Source: a virus. Taken from it: 64,000 nt of DNA. Position 1 is the stretch's first letter, and each line of letters starts with the position of its first letter. The notes below the pieces were generated by a model, which saw nothing but the letters and a program-made list of their open reading frames with translations, searched no databases and was not told the DNA's origin. Position numbers and translations under genes: made by a program. The stretch covers positions 32,001 through 96,000 of the IMG/VR virus record IMGVR_UViG_3300036772_000367; one strand, given 5' to 3'. Below, piece by piece: positions 9,025 to 19,100 of the stretch.

Positions 9025-9190
9025 AAAGCCTCCTAAAAAGATCAAACGCCTGGAAAAACCAGCTACGACGGAGTATCAGCGGGAACAAGCAAATGAAATA
9101 GGCGGAGTGCGCGTTAGCAAGGCTGAGGCGCGGCGGCGAGAGAAAGATAAGAAGAAGAAAGATGATGATGCGGACACCGAAAAGGGATAG
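9011..9190 (+). CDS. small highly charged protein (59 aa, not in ORF track)
   Basis: MGRPKKPPKKIKR...KDKKKKDDD; AT-hook-like GRPK. Confidence 0.55.
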   Translation: MGRPKKPPKKIKRLEKPATTEYQREQANEIGGVRVSKAEARRREKDKKKKDDDADTEKG

Positions 9191-9194
9191 GTAA

Positions 9195-9566
9195 ATGAAC
9201 TTCCTGGCAGCGGCGATTCACTTGGCTGATGGTCTGTCCAGCGACATGAGCATGGATCCCGCCATGCAGGATGCCGCCCTACCCACGACCCGCACCTGGA
9301 CACAACCGGAGCCAGAGACCGACGAGCTGGATCCCGCCGCGCCGGGAGGTCCGTCACCGTACAACGGGGTCGAACCCTTTGGTCATCCAGTCACCACCGA
9401 TCAGGAGTGGCTCGATCCCAATGGCCGCAAGCCCCGTCGGTACGAGACGATGCCGCACATCAAGGGACCGGACGAGGACGTGGCCACCCTGCACGCTGCC
9501 ACGTTGCACTCAGCTCGGCGCAACTCCTACGAGGACAAGGCGGTGCGCTATGCCCGACGTAGCTGA
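9195..9566 (+). CDS. hypothetical head-module protein
   Basis: 123 aa, GC3-rich. Confidence 0.7.
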   Translation: MNFLAAAIHLADGLSSDMSMDPAMQDAALPTTRTWTQPEPETDELDPAAPGGPSPYNGVEPFGHPVTTDQEWLDPNGRKPRRYETMPHIKGPDEDVATLHAATLHSARRNSYEDKAVRYARRS

Positions 9567-9759
9567 GTCCGTTTCCGAGGAAGTCTGGGTTGCGACGCAA
9601 CAAAGGATCGCTGAAATCCTACGGACTCATCAGTTTGATGAAAGTCGCCTCGATGGTTACTGCTTCTGCGGTAATCCGATGGGTGATCAGGACGAACATC
9701 AAGCTGACGCTCTGATCCAGGATGGCATCGTCCCGCTGGAGAGGTCGTCCCATGGCTGA
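9550..9759 (+). CDS. small Cys/His protein
   Basis: H...YCFCG...HQA pattern. Confidence 0.5.
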   Translation: MPDVAESVSEEVWVATQQRIAEILRTHQFDESRLDGYCFCGNPMGDQDEHQADALIQDGIVPLERSSHG

Positions 9760-9967
9760 TGCGATAGGCGTCCGCAGGCTGACGAGGGACAACTTCCATG
9801 CTGTCGGTCGGTGGGCTCAGTCCGACGACTACTGGCCCCTGCACGCACCACGACCGGCTTTGTTCTGGTGGTCCGCACCACACGCAGTTCGTCGAGCCCA
9901 TCTCGGTGACATCATCGTTAAATGCGGCACATATGTGCTCATCCTTCATAGGAGGACCCGTGACTGA
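9752..9967 (+). CDS. hypothetical protein
   Basis: GGAGAGG RBS; overlap chain. Confidence 0.5.
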   Translation: MADAIGVRRLTRDNFHAVGRWAQSDDYWPLHAPRPALFWWSAPHAVRRAHLGDIIVKCGTYVLILHRRTRD

Positions 9968-11795
9968 TCTCTGGGTGGAGGCGTCGCGGGACGTCGAAGC
10001 CGAAGTGTTCGCGACCCGTATGGCGTACGCCAAGGTGGCGTCGGCATCCCTCTGGCCCTTCTTGGCCAGTGCCCAGAGTGACGGGGAGTTCAACCACCGG
10101 CTGGCGTTGTCCTACGAGACCCTCGCGGCCCGGGTTGAACCGGAACTCGTGGACTCCCTGGTGGCCTCCCTGCGGGAGGATTACCAGTCACTGCGGCCGT
10201 CCACAGCAGCGTCCACAGGAGTAGGGCCACTGACGCCCGGCAGTACGCCCCACAGCCCCCAGTTCACGGTGACGTCCTCGTCGAACGTGACTCTCACCGA
10301 TCCCGTGATGCAGATGTGGCATGTGGGTTCGCAGAAATGGGTGCAGATCGTCGCAGCCGCCCAAGAATCTCCGCAGAACCCCAATTACATTCCAGCCCTG
10401 GAGGCCGGACCGGAAACTGGAGAAACAGGAACATTCCCACAAGAAGTGAATGGACCTGATCCCTGGAATCCCATTAACGGCAATCTGCCCTTGCCTCCCA
10501 GTAATGTCATCCCGCCGGCCAATCGTTTCCCGGCACAGCCACAGCAGTGGTCAGTGCCACCCAACGCCGGTTGGGTAGAGAACCCCATGCAGTTCGGGCC
10601 GTACCGGTCTGCCCAGCTCAGCACCCATGCGGACGCCAACACTAACCCAGTTCAGCAGATGCAGTCGGGGCCCCTCTCGTACACTGACGAGGGAGTAGAG
10701 ACGGGGACCGGGCAGAACCCGTATTACTTCGGCCAGGGTGATGAGGGACTCCAGAGCCAGGATGGTGGATTCCCGCCGGATCCTTCTCTGGCCGAGCCCA
10801 ACGAGCGGGTGGACATGTACCAGAATGCCCAGCCGAATGCCCAGTACATGGGCTATGAGCAGGGGTACATGGCTGCTCTCCACCAGGCCAATCAGTACAT
10901 CCACCCGGCCGAGGGTGGTGGGTTCAACGTCGTGCAGAAGGGCACTGGCAAGGTGTTGAGCCACCACGACTCCCAGGAGGACGCCGAGGCCAGCTTCCGG
11001 GCGATGGAGTGGCACAAGCACCAGGGTGTCCAGCAGGCGCCGGTCCAGTTCTTCGATGCGACCCTGCACCGCACCGCTGACCAGGGTATGGACAGCGGAA
11101 ACCAGATGGCCGGTAACCCGTACATGACCTCGGGTAATCAGCTCGCCCCGGCCAATCCAGTGCAGGCACCGCCAGCGATGCAGCAGGGTGGCCCGGGAGC
11201 CGAGGCGATGCCACCGATGGGCGCAGGAGGTCCTACACCGGGTCAGAACTCTCCCGGTGGTATGGGGCCCTCCGATCCTGGTGGGAGCGACGTAGCAGCC
11301 AAGACAGGGGTCGCTATCACCCATCTGAGTGCCGGACCCCCACCACGAGGTGGCTGGCTGCCCCGCGTCACGGCCCGGCAGTACCTGCGGCAGGTAGAAG
11401 CCGATGAGTACCGGGGTCGCCCCACCCGGGAGGACCCTACGGGTGCTGGTGACGACTACACGGCCAGGACGTGGGAGAACCAGCTCAACCAGAGCCCACG
11501 TCAGGACACCGAGGACCGTGGTGCCAACACACCGCAGCGTCCGCAGGAGCCGATCCCGACGATCTCCTCGTCGGATCGGCAACCAGCCCAGAACGATGAT
11601 GAAATGGACGAAAGGGACAGAGAGCGAGAGGCATCCCTGAACGTCTACAGTGGAATAGGACAAAACGGACCACCCTATCTGACCAGGGATTCGTGGCAGA
11701 CTTCCCCCCAGGGCGGCGCGGCGCAAAACTCGCTTTTGAAGATCATCAATGCTTCGGTTTCTCGCGCATTGGTTCAGACCAGAGGGGCACGTTGA
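9960..11795 (+). CDS. modular head/internal protein
   Basis: AGGAGG RBS then GTG at 9960 (MTDLWVEASRD); helical N-domain plus small modules separated by RSA/HQA/RTA/REA. Confidence 0.75.
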   Translation: MTDLWVEASRDVEAEVFATRMAYAKVASASLWPFLASAQSDGEFNHRLALSYETLAARVEPELVDSLVASLREDYQSLRPSTAASTGVGPLTPGSTPHSPQFTVTSSSNVTLTDPVMQMWHVGSQKWVQIVAAAQESPQNPNYIPALEAGPETGETGTFPQEVNGPDPWNPINGNLPLPPSNVIPPANRFPAQPQQWSVPPNAGWVENPMQFGPYRSAQLSTHADANTNPVQQMQSGPLSYTDEGVETGTGQNPYYFGQGDEGLQSQDGGFPPDPSLAEPNERVDMYQNAQPNAQYMGYEQGYMAALHQANQYIHPAEGGGFNVVQKGTGKVLSHHDSQEDAEASFRAMEWHKHQGVQQAPVQFFDATLHRTADQGMDSGNQMAGNPYMTSGNQLAPANPVQAPPAMQQGGPGAEAMPPMGAGGPTPGQNSPGGMGPSDPGGSDVAAKTGVAITHLSAGPPPRGGWLPRVTARQYLRQVEADEYRGRPTREDPTGAGDDYTARTWENQLNQSPRQDTEDRGANTPQRPQEPIPTISSSDRQPAQNDDEMDERDREREASLNVYSGIGQNGPPYLTRDSWQTSPQGGAAQNSLLKIINASVSRALVQTRGAR

Positions 11796-12487
11796 TGTCC
11801 GCTCTCTCACTTCCTCCACCGACCCCCATCCTGTGTCTGGGATGTGGTGCCACCGGTTCGGTGGATCGAGTCACAGCCCACCTGCAATGCCAGTGTGGCT
11901 CGACCGACCTGGACCTGTACACCGCGTCGCCCGAGCAGCAGGCCCACATTGCCGCCCTACGTCCTCCCCAGCGTCCTGGCTCGGTTTCTAAGCCAGTTCC
12001 CTTCGCTCAGTGGATGACAGGCCGTGTGGCGATCAATGAAGGGCCACAGCAGCAGCGTCGGTCTCCCGTCGGTACCGAGATTCCCGGCTGGAACGAGTAC
12101 GCCGGACCCAAAGCGTCCCCGAACTCGATGCAGAACGGCATCGGCACCCCGTACGTCTGCCCGGTGTGTCATGGCACCGGCTTTGACCTCCAGGACGGCG
12201 GCACATGCCGGATGTGTGGTGGCGCGAAGATCATCACGCCGAACGCGGACGAACACCAGGAAGTACCGGCGGTAGCTCGGCATGACTATCCGTCCAATCA
12301 GACACAGGTGCCCTTCCTGGGTAAGCGCAAGTCAAAGAAGACCACCACGAACAACACCACGACGAAGCAGAACTCCAATCCGCTGGCGACGCTCGTGGCC
12401 ACCATCCAGCACAGTAATCCAGGACTGTCCCGTGCCGCAGCGCTAGATCTGGCGCAACGCACGCTGCACTATGCGGGGAGCCGCTGA
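11795..12487 (+). CDS. Zn-ribbon protein with DnaJ-type CxxCxGxG
   Basis: CLGCG...CQCG and CPVCHGTG...CRMCGG. Confidence 0.65.
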   Translation: MSALSLPPPTPILCLGCGATGSVDRVTAHLQCQCGSTDLDLYTASPEQQAHIAALRPPQRPGSVSKPVPFAQWMTGRVAINEGPQQQRRSPVGTEIPGWNEYAGPKASPNSMQNGIGTPYVCPVCHGTGFDLQDGGTCRMCGGAKIITPNADEHQEVPAVARHDYPSNQTQVPFLGKRKSKKTTTNNTTTKQNSNPLATLVATIQHSNPGLSRAAALDLAQRTLHYAGSR

Positions 12488-12490
12488 CCC

Positions 12491-13039
12491 ATGAGCATTC
12501 TGCGTGAGGGACGCTTGGCCACCTATATCGGCGAGGGTGATGACTTCGGTGCGCAAGTCGAGGTGCTCTCACTGGAGAACCGCGCGGCGTGGGGGAGATT
12601 CGTGACCGGCGCACGCACCGGAGAGATCGAGCTGATCGAGGACCTCGATCTCACGCCGGCCGAGCCACGCTCACGTTATGCCAGGCTCGACCCTGTTGTG
12701 GTTCCCGTTTCACCCGTGAGCGCCCCTGTGGTGGTCATAGCGGCCCGGGATGACCTGGACGACTCCTTGGACGTTGGGTTGCCCTTGCGGGTGGGTGTAG
12801 CTCAGGTACAGCACACGCAAGGCACTCTGGGTGTACTGACCATGCTGGCCACTCGGGGGGATCTCCAACGGTTGTCCACTGTCGTGGACGAGGCGTTCAT
12901 GGTGGTGGCCAACCGCATCCGCCAGGATCCCAATGTCCGCACCGTCATCGCACAGCTCGACGACGAGGATGCCGAGAACCTGGTGCAGATGGCATCGTTG
13001 ACGTTGTTGCACTCGGCCTTCGGAGAGCAGCGACAGTGA
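12491..13039 (+). CDS. hypothetical protein
   Basis: 182 aa in operon. Confidence 0.7.
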   Translation: MSILREGRLATYIGEGDDFGAQVEVLSLENRAAWGRFVTGARTGEIELIEDLDLTPAEPRSRYARLDPVVVPVSPVSAPVVVIAARDDLDDSLDVGLPLRVGVAQVQHTQGTLGVLTMLATRGDLQRLSTVVDEAFMVVANRIRQDPNVRTVIAQLDDEDAENLVQMASLTLLHSAFGEQRQ

Positions 13040-13710
13040 CGTTGATGCTGCATGTCGCCACGTCAGTCGAGGATCACGTCGACCGACTGGTAGCGGGGAC
13101 CGATCTGGAAGGCAATGAGAGTATGCGTAAGCACATTGCCAAGGTCGTCGCGACTGTGCCTGAGCAGCATCTGGCGACATTGGGCAGCATCTCTATCAAG
13201 CCAGACAAGGACCCTAATACGCGCGGTCGATACCGGAGCCGTGGCTATTCGGCCCGTACCAAGCAACCCGTTCCCGCATCTATCACCTTCACGCCGCATG
13301 TGGTGAACGATGAGAAGGGGTACCACTCAGAGATTCGCGACTCTGAGAAGAAAGGTTGGCTGCGACGGACAGGTTTGCCAGGCGTGCAGGCGACCTTGCA
13401 TCATGAAGTAGGTCATCATCTCTATGATGCTATGAATCAAAAGCAGCATGATGCCATGTGGACTGAGGTTGGGGCACAACCAGAGTTCAAGCCACCCAAT
13501 ACTCGTAGTGCCCAACCCATTGGTCCGCGCTTCATTCGTAGTAATCGATCCAATATGGTCAATCAAGTCGGTGTATATGGCGCATACAATGAACGTGAAG
13601 CTGCATCTGAACTGTATGCGCAGCATCACGGGAAGTATCCCACTGAGGCATCACACATTGCATTTCGCCATATGACGGGAGGGACCGATGAAGATCCCGG
13701 GGCCTCGTGA
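13036..13710 (+). CDS. zincin-like metallopeptidase (HExxH)
   Basis: LHHEVGHH plus downstream YGAYNEREAASELY. Confidence 0.75.
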   Translation: MTLMLHVATSVEDHVDRLVAGTDLEGNESMRKHIAKVVATVPEQHLATLGSISIKPDKDPNTRGRYRSRGYSARTKQPVPASITFTPHVVNDEKGYHSEIRDSEKKGWLRRTGLPGVQATLHHEVGHHLYDAMNQKQHDAMWTEVGAQPEFKPPNTRSAQPIGPRFIRSNRSNMVNQVGVYGAYNEREAASELYAQHHGKYPTEASHIAFRHMTGGTDEDPGAS

Positions 13711-15877
13711 AGTCGGTGCGGTACTCGCTGGAGTATTGAGCGAACCGCCCTCGCTTGCTCGTGATCGTGCGCTGGCCATCCTGAGTGGAGAGGCACACAC
13801 GGCAGCCACTATCCCAGCCGGTTGGGAAGGCGCGCAGGGACCGTTCCGTAGTGACTACAACGAGCCGCATGTCTACGCTCGTGACATTCATTCCGGCGCC
13901 GGTAACTGTGTCTGCGGTGCTGGATTGCAAGAGCGAGTTCATCTCCAAGCAGCTCCGGGTGTAGAGATACCTGACAGAATGCGCACCACAGCATTCCCTA
14001 CGAGGGAGTGCGATAACTGCGGCGGTAGGATGTCACCTCGGTGGCCACGTACCAGACTCGATGATGGACGAATGGTGTGCCCCATGTGCGCTCAGAACGG
14101 GCCGCGTACCGCTGTGATCATGCCTAAGGAGTGGCTGAATTGGGCACGACAGCCGCGACTCGCGGGCCTCTCTCCTCACGATCGTGAATGGCATCACGGG
14201 TGGGATCTGGGATATGACCACGGTCGTGCCAGCGAGCCAGATCTCAGTGAGAGGGATCGAGCGTTTCACCGCTCGGCGCACAAAGAGCAGTTCTCCCAGG
14301 GATACTCTCATGGACTGCATTCCGGTCTGGATCAGACGACATCTTCGTCCACCACATCCGTGGTCGCCGTGCGGGATGACGGACAACTGCGGGTGCTGGC
14401 TCATGACTCTGGTTCGGTGGAGGTCATCTACCACTGCTTCGCAGGAGAGACGCGCTATCTCACCAAGGAGGGCACGAAGACCTTCGCTGAGACTGCGGGC
14501 ACCGTTCAAGAAGTGTTGACCTCTGCGGGTATTGCCAATGACCGTGGTCGGTGGGCGGAAGCCATCATCCATAGCTTCGGTCCGCAGCCAGTCATGACAG
14601 TGCGACTACGTCGCAACAAGGTTGTTAAAACCATTCGCGCCACACATAACCACGAATGGAACATTTTGGGTCGTAATAAGGCCCATCGTGTGGTGACCAC
14701 TCAGGATCTGAAGCCTGGTATGCGGATGGCCCACCTGCGAGCGCGGGGATACTTCTATGAGCCTGAGCATGAGGCTATTCGCATGGGCTTCGTCTTCGGT
14801 GATGGCGCTATTCTGCAACGTCCCCAACAGACATATGGTGTGGCAGTTCTCTGGGGGCCGAAGCGAGATCTGGCCAAATACTTTGATGAAGTATGTACGA
14901 CCGCCCCCCGGGAACGCACCACGATCAATGATGTACCGGGACTGGCATACACCTCCGGCATGGTGGGCTACACCAAAACACTGCCCCCGTTGACGGCACC
15001 ACTGGAGTACCTGCACGGCTGGTTGATGGGATACTTCGCCGCTGACGGCTCGGTCACTAAGACCAACATCAGCATGACGTCTTCAGTGCTGGAGAACCTT
15101 CAGCACGTGCGGGATGTAGCTATCCTATTGGGTATCGGTACTTATTCCATTACCTCGAAGTGGCGCACTGGGTTTGGTGTGACCTCGCAGATCCACACAC
15201 TCGGTTTTTCGGGTAAGGACATGGGTACGTCATTCTTCTTGCGGCATGACCATCAGGATGCCTACGACCTGCGTGACGAACGAGGCACCAATGACCGTGA
15301 GCGTTTCGGGTGGACAGTCGATGCCATTGAGGACACTGGTGAGGTCACCCCCGTCTACTGCGCTCGCGTACCGGAGACCGGCACCTTCGTGCTGGAAGAC
15401 AACATCTGGACCCGAAACTGTCCCTTCTGTGGTTCTGGTCAGGTGATCGCGCGTTCGGATGGCACTGTCATGTGCGAGTTCTGCAACTCTTCCTTCACCG
15501 TGCAGGTGCAGCCGGAGTTCTCGGCGTTCCCCCAGACCGTCGATGGTCAGCCGGTACAGATTCCTGGTCTGCCACCCGACTCCAACCAGGACGCGGGTGG
15601 TCTGCCTCCTGATGAGGGTGCACCAGGCGACCCCACGGCCGAGGACAACGTGCCGAACGATGCTGAGGAGAACGGCCCGCCCGAGGACGGCGACAACACC
15701 GAGGACGAGCCCATCGACTCCGGCGGCAATCCCTTGTTTAACAAGCACTCCTACCGCACCGCTTCGGGTCATGCCCTGTCCGAACTGGAGTATGTTCGTC
15801 ATCTTGCCTTGAAGATCACTCCCGACCGGAAGAATGTGCTCGCACGTATCCGGTTGGAGAGAGCAGCAGGTGACTGA
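13688..15877 (+). CDS. modular Zn-ribbon head protein containing an intein
   Basis: Several CxxC pairs; spliced extein junction reads IYH-CPFCGSGQV. Confidence 0.8.
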   Translation: MKIPGPREVGAVLAGVLSEPPSLARDRALAILSGEAHTAATIPAGWEGAQGPFRSDYNEPHVYARDIHSGAGNCVCGAGLQERVHLQAAPGVEIPDRMRTTAFPTRECDNCGGRMSPRWPRTRLDDGRMVCPMCAQNGPRTAVIMPKEWLNWARQPRLAGLSPHDREWHHGWDLGYDHGRASEPDLSERDRAFHRSAHKEQFSQGYSHGLHSGLDQTTSSSTTSVVAVRDDGQLRVLAHDSGSVEVIYHCFAGETRYLTKEGTKTFAETAGTVQEVLTSAGIANDRGRWAEAIIHSFGPQPVMTVRLRRNKVVKTIRATHNHEWNILGRNKAHRVVTTQDLKPGMRMAHLRARGYFYEPEHEAIRMGFVFGDGAILQRPQQTYGVAVLWGPKRDLAKYFDEVCTTAPRERTTINDVPGLAYTSGMVGYTKTLPPLTAPLEYLHGWLMGYFAADGSVTKTNISMTSSVLENLQHVRDVAILLGIGTYSITSKWRTGFGVTSQIHTLGFSGKDMGTSFFLRHDHQDAYDLRDERGTNDRERFGWTVDAIEDTGEVTPVYCARVPETGTFVLEDNIWTRNCPFCGSGQVIARSDGTVMCEFCNSSFTVQVQPEFSAFPQTVDGQPVQIPGLPPDSNQDAGGLPPDEGAPGDPTAEDNVPNDAEENGPPEDGDNTEDEPIDSGGNPLFNKHSYRTASGHALSELEYVRHLALKITPDRKNVLARIRLERAAGD
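14435..15418 (+). mobile_element. intein with LAGLIDADG homing endonuclease (328 aa)
   Basis: Starts CFAGETRYLT; block B ATHNHEW; MGFVFGDG and LMGYFAADG; ends VYC...FVLEDNIWTRN followed by Cys. Confidence 0.9.
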
Positions 15878-16161
15878 TGTTCGGTGCACACCGTCATGTC
15901 CCGATGATCGACGTGGTCTTCAGCGCACGACCTGATCTGACCGGACAGACCGTCTATCGACACGTGGAGTACAACAACACGGCGGTGGTGTTCGGGAGTT
16001 GGGTGAACCGTCCAGATGGCACTGTGGCGTTCCGGTTCTGGCCGGCGGATTTCCGGCCGGTGGGGTGGCGGGACCGGGTGTGGATGTGGTGGACCGGTTC
16101 ACCCACACCACGTGGCAGATGGGCCTATCCGATCAAGCCTGAACCACCACGGGAGGAATGA
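15877..16161 (+). CDS. hypothetical protein
   Basis: TGATG coupling. Confidence 0.55.
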   Translation: MFGAHRHVPMIDVVFSARPDLTGQTVYRHVEYNNTAVVFGSWVNRPDGTVAFRFWPADFRPVGWRDRVWMWWTGSPTPRGRWAYPIKPEPPREE

Positions 16162-16164
16162 TCT

Positions 16165-19100
16165 GTGACCGACCCAGGATTTCAGGTCAATGACCGACGT
16201 CGCACCACGAGGACGTCGGGCCTTGTCGTGGGCGGCTCCGTGGACGACGCCAAGGAATATGCCCGTCGCATGGGTCGGATGCCGCGCGAGGGCGTCACCT
16301 ACACCGGCATGGGTGATACCAACCCCTACTCACGCCAGTTCTCCCGCAACCGCTCCGAGGAGCAGGTTGTCGAGGAGATGCGCCTGAACCGGCGGGTCGC
16401 CTCACGTCGTACCGCGACGGCTGGTGGGACCACTGGGATTCCTGGTGGCGGGATGGCAGGGAATAACGTCAGCTTCGCTACGGGTCGACCACGTGACCCG
16501 ATGTTTTACTGGCGGCAATCGAACATTCCTTATGACGTCACCAAAGACGACGAGCTCAAGAAGATTCGTGAGTTTTGCAATACGCCAGAAGCTCCGATCT
16601 GGATGGGCGACTATTCATTCAAGCCCATCAGTGAGGTGCAGTCGGGTGATGAGGTAATTGGTTGGCAGTACAACACTGGTCCGAGTGGTGGTCAGCGTAA
16701 GAAGCTTGTGCGTACCAAGGTGCTCGCTGTGAAGCGTCGCGTCGCACCCCAGGTCGTGCGTATCACGATGGAGTCAGGCAAGGTCATTCGTTGTACCCCC
16801 GATCATCAGTGGGCGAATTACTCGTACTCACCCACTCAGAGGGAGGTACTCGATCGTCGTATCATGAAGGCGACGGGACAACCGCGCAATAAGCCGATTG
16901 CGTGGAAACAACCTGAGTACAGGGCTGCACAAGTGGGCGGTTATCTCACGTCTTTCATTGAACCCACGCCCGAGTTGACGGATGACAAGCAACGCATGGC
17001 TGCCATGTGGCTAGCGGGATTGTATGACGGCGAAGGCTGCGGCAATGAGCTAGGACAAAGCGCGACCCACAATCCAGCAGTATGTCAGCGTATCAAGGAT
17101 TCATTGGAAACACTGGGTCTGCCGTGGACTCAACAACCGAATGCTATCTACATTCGAGAAGCTGGACAAGGATATCGTTGGGGTGCACACCAGGATATGG
17201 TGAACTTCCTCAACTGGACTGAGCCGACCCGCAAGACCACCAAGCAGAATGATGCTGCGATCCTGGTGCGCCCTAGTGGTGGCAAGGACCGTGTCGTGTC
17301 CATCGAGTCCGAGGGCCCTGGTGAAGTCGTCTCCATGCAGACGGAGACGGGCAATTACGTGGCATGGGGCTATGCCTCAAAGAACTGTAGACTGTTATAC
17401 CTGACTCACCCGGTGATCGCGGCGTGTACCGACATCTTCACCAAGTTTCCATTGCAAGGCATGGAGCTGGAATGCAAGGACGACCAGCTCAAGGATTTCT
17501 ACGAGACATTGTTTTTCGACCAACTCGACTACCCCAACTACCTGAAGGACCTGGGCCGCGAGTACTGGTTGGTCGGTGAGGCATGGCCACTCGGGTCGTT
17601 CAACGAGATCCTGGGTGTCTGGGAGGACGAGGAGCTTCTCAATCCCGATGACGTTCAGGTGGAACGGTCACCGTTCTTGCGCGACCCGCGCTTCCTGATC
17701 AAGCTGCCGGAGACGCTGCGGCGTGTGCTGCAACAGCGCTCGCCTGCGTGGGAATACGACAAGCTGATGAGGGCGTACCCCGAGCTGGCTGCCTATGCCG
17801 GGGACGATGCTCTGATGCCAGTGAGCAACATCCTGCTGAAGCAGTTGCGTTTCAAGGGCGACACGTTCCACAAGCGCGGCATTCCTATCCTCATGCGCGG
17901 CTTTCGGGCCATCGTGCAGGAAGAGATGCTGAACACCGCGCTGGATGCCATCGCCGACCGCTTGTATACCCCGCTGATCCTGGCCAAGTTGGGTGCATCC
18001 GCTACAGACCTGGGTACCGACATGCCCTGGGTGCCCACCCAGCTCGACCTGGAGAACTTCGAAGAGGCTGTCGATGCCGCCCTGGCCGGAGACTTCCGGG
18101 TCATCACCCATCACTTCGCCACCGACATGGCGCCCGTTTTCGGTCGAGAGAACATGCCTGACCTCTCTGCCGACTTCGATCGCGTGCTTGATCGCATCCT
18201 CATGGTATATGGCATTTCTCGCACGATGCTCAACGGCGCAGAACAAGGCGAAACCTATGCGGCCGACGCTCTGAATCGGGATATGGTCAGCCAGACTCTG
18301 GCTGACTACCAGGCTCTGATCAAGGACTTCTTCCGTGATCGCGCCCTGGTAGTAGCCGAAGCACAGGAACATTTTGACTATGACGTACGCGGTGGCAAGC
18401 GCTACGTGAAGATGGAAGAAGTCATTGTTCCGGACGAGGAAACCGGCGAAGAGAAAATCATCGAACAGCCAGCCCTGTTGGTGCCCGAGCTGACGTTCAA
18501 GACCATGACTCTGGCCGATCAGCAAGAGGAACGCCAGTTCATGGAGGCATTGAACCAAGCAGGCGTGCCGGTGCCCTACACGCGGCGGCTCACGGGAACC
18601 GGTTTGGACTTCGACGACATCATTGAGCAGCGGCAGTCCGAACAGGTCGCGTTGGCCGTGGCCGAGCAGGAGACGCGCCGGGAGACCTTCAAGGCCCTGC
18701 GTGATGCTGGGCTGCCTATCCCCGCCGACCTGGCGCAGGACTTCCAGCCGAAGTCCATCCCAGCTGGACAGCCAGCGATGCCCGAGGCGCTGCCTGGCCA
18801 GGATGCGGCCATCCCCACGTTGGGTGCCCTACCTCCCGATCTGCCGGCCCTGGCGCCCAGCATGGAGGATCAACAGCAGACCGACGAGGAAGACGCCAGT
18901 GGGCCACCTGGGGCGGCGAATCCACTAGGCCAGGTCATCATGATGCCGAATGCCAACATGCCCCAGCCGGGAGACCAACGGCCGCCGGAGTCCGACGAAC
19001 AGCGTGGCCGGATGCCTAAGCCCGCGAAGCGCAAGGATGAGCTGGATCCCTACGATCAGTTCCGCGCGCGGCATTTCGGTCAGGTGAAGCAGGCAGCGCG

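Noticed and set aside
17395-17397. TTA codon in portal as bldA-type control
   Set aside because: The host is unknown and TTA occurs in several other genes; better explained as intein-flank recoding.
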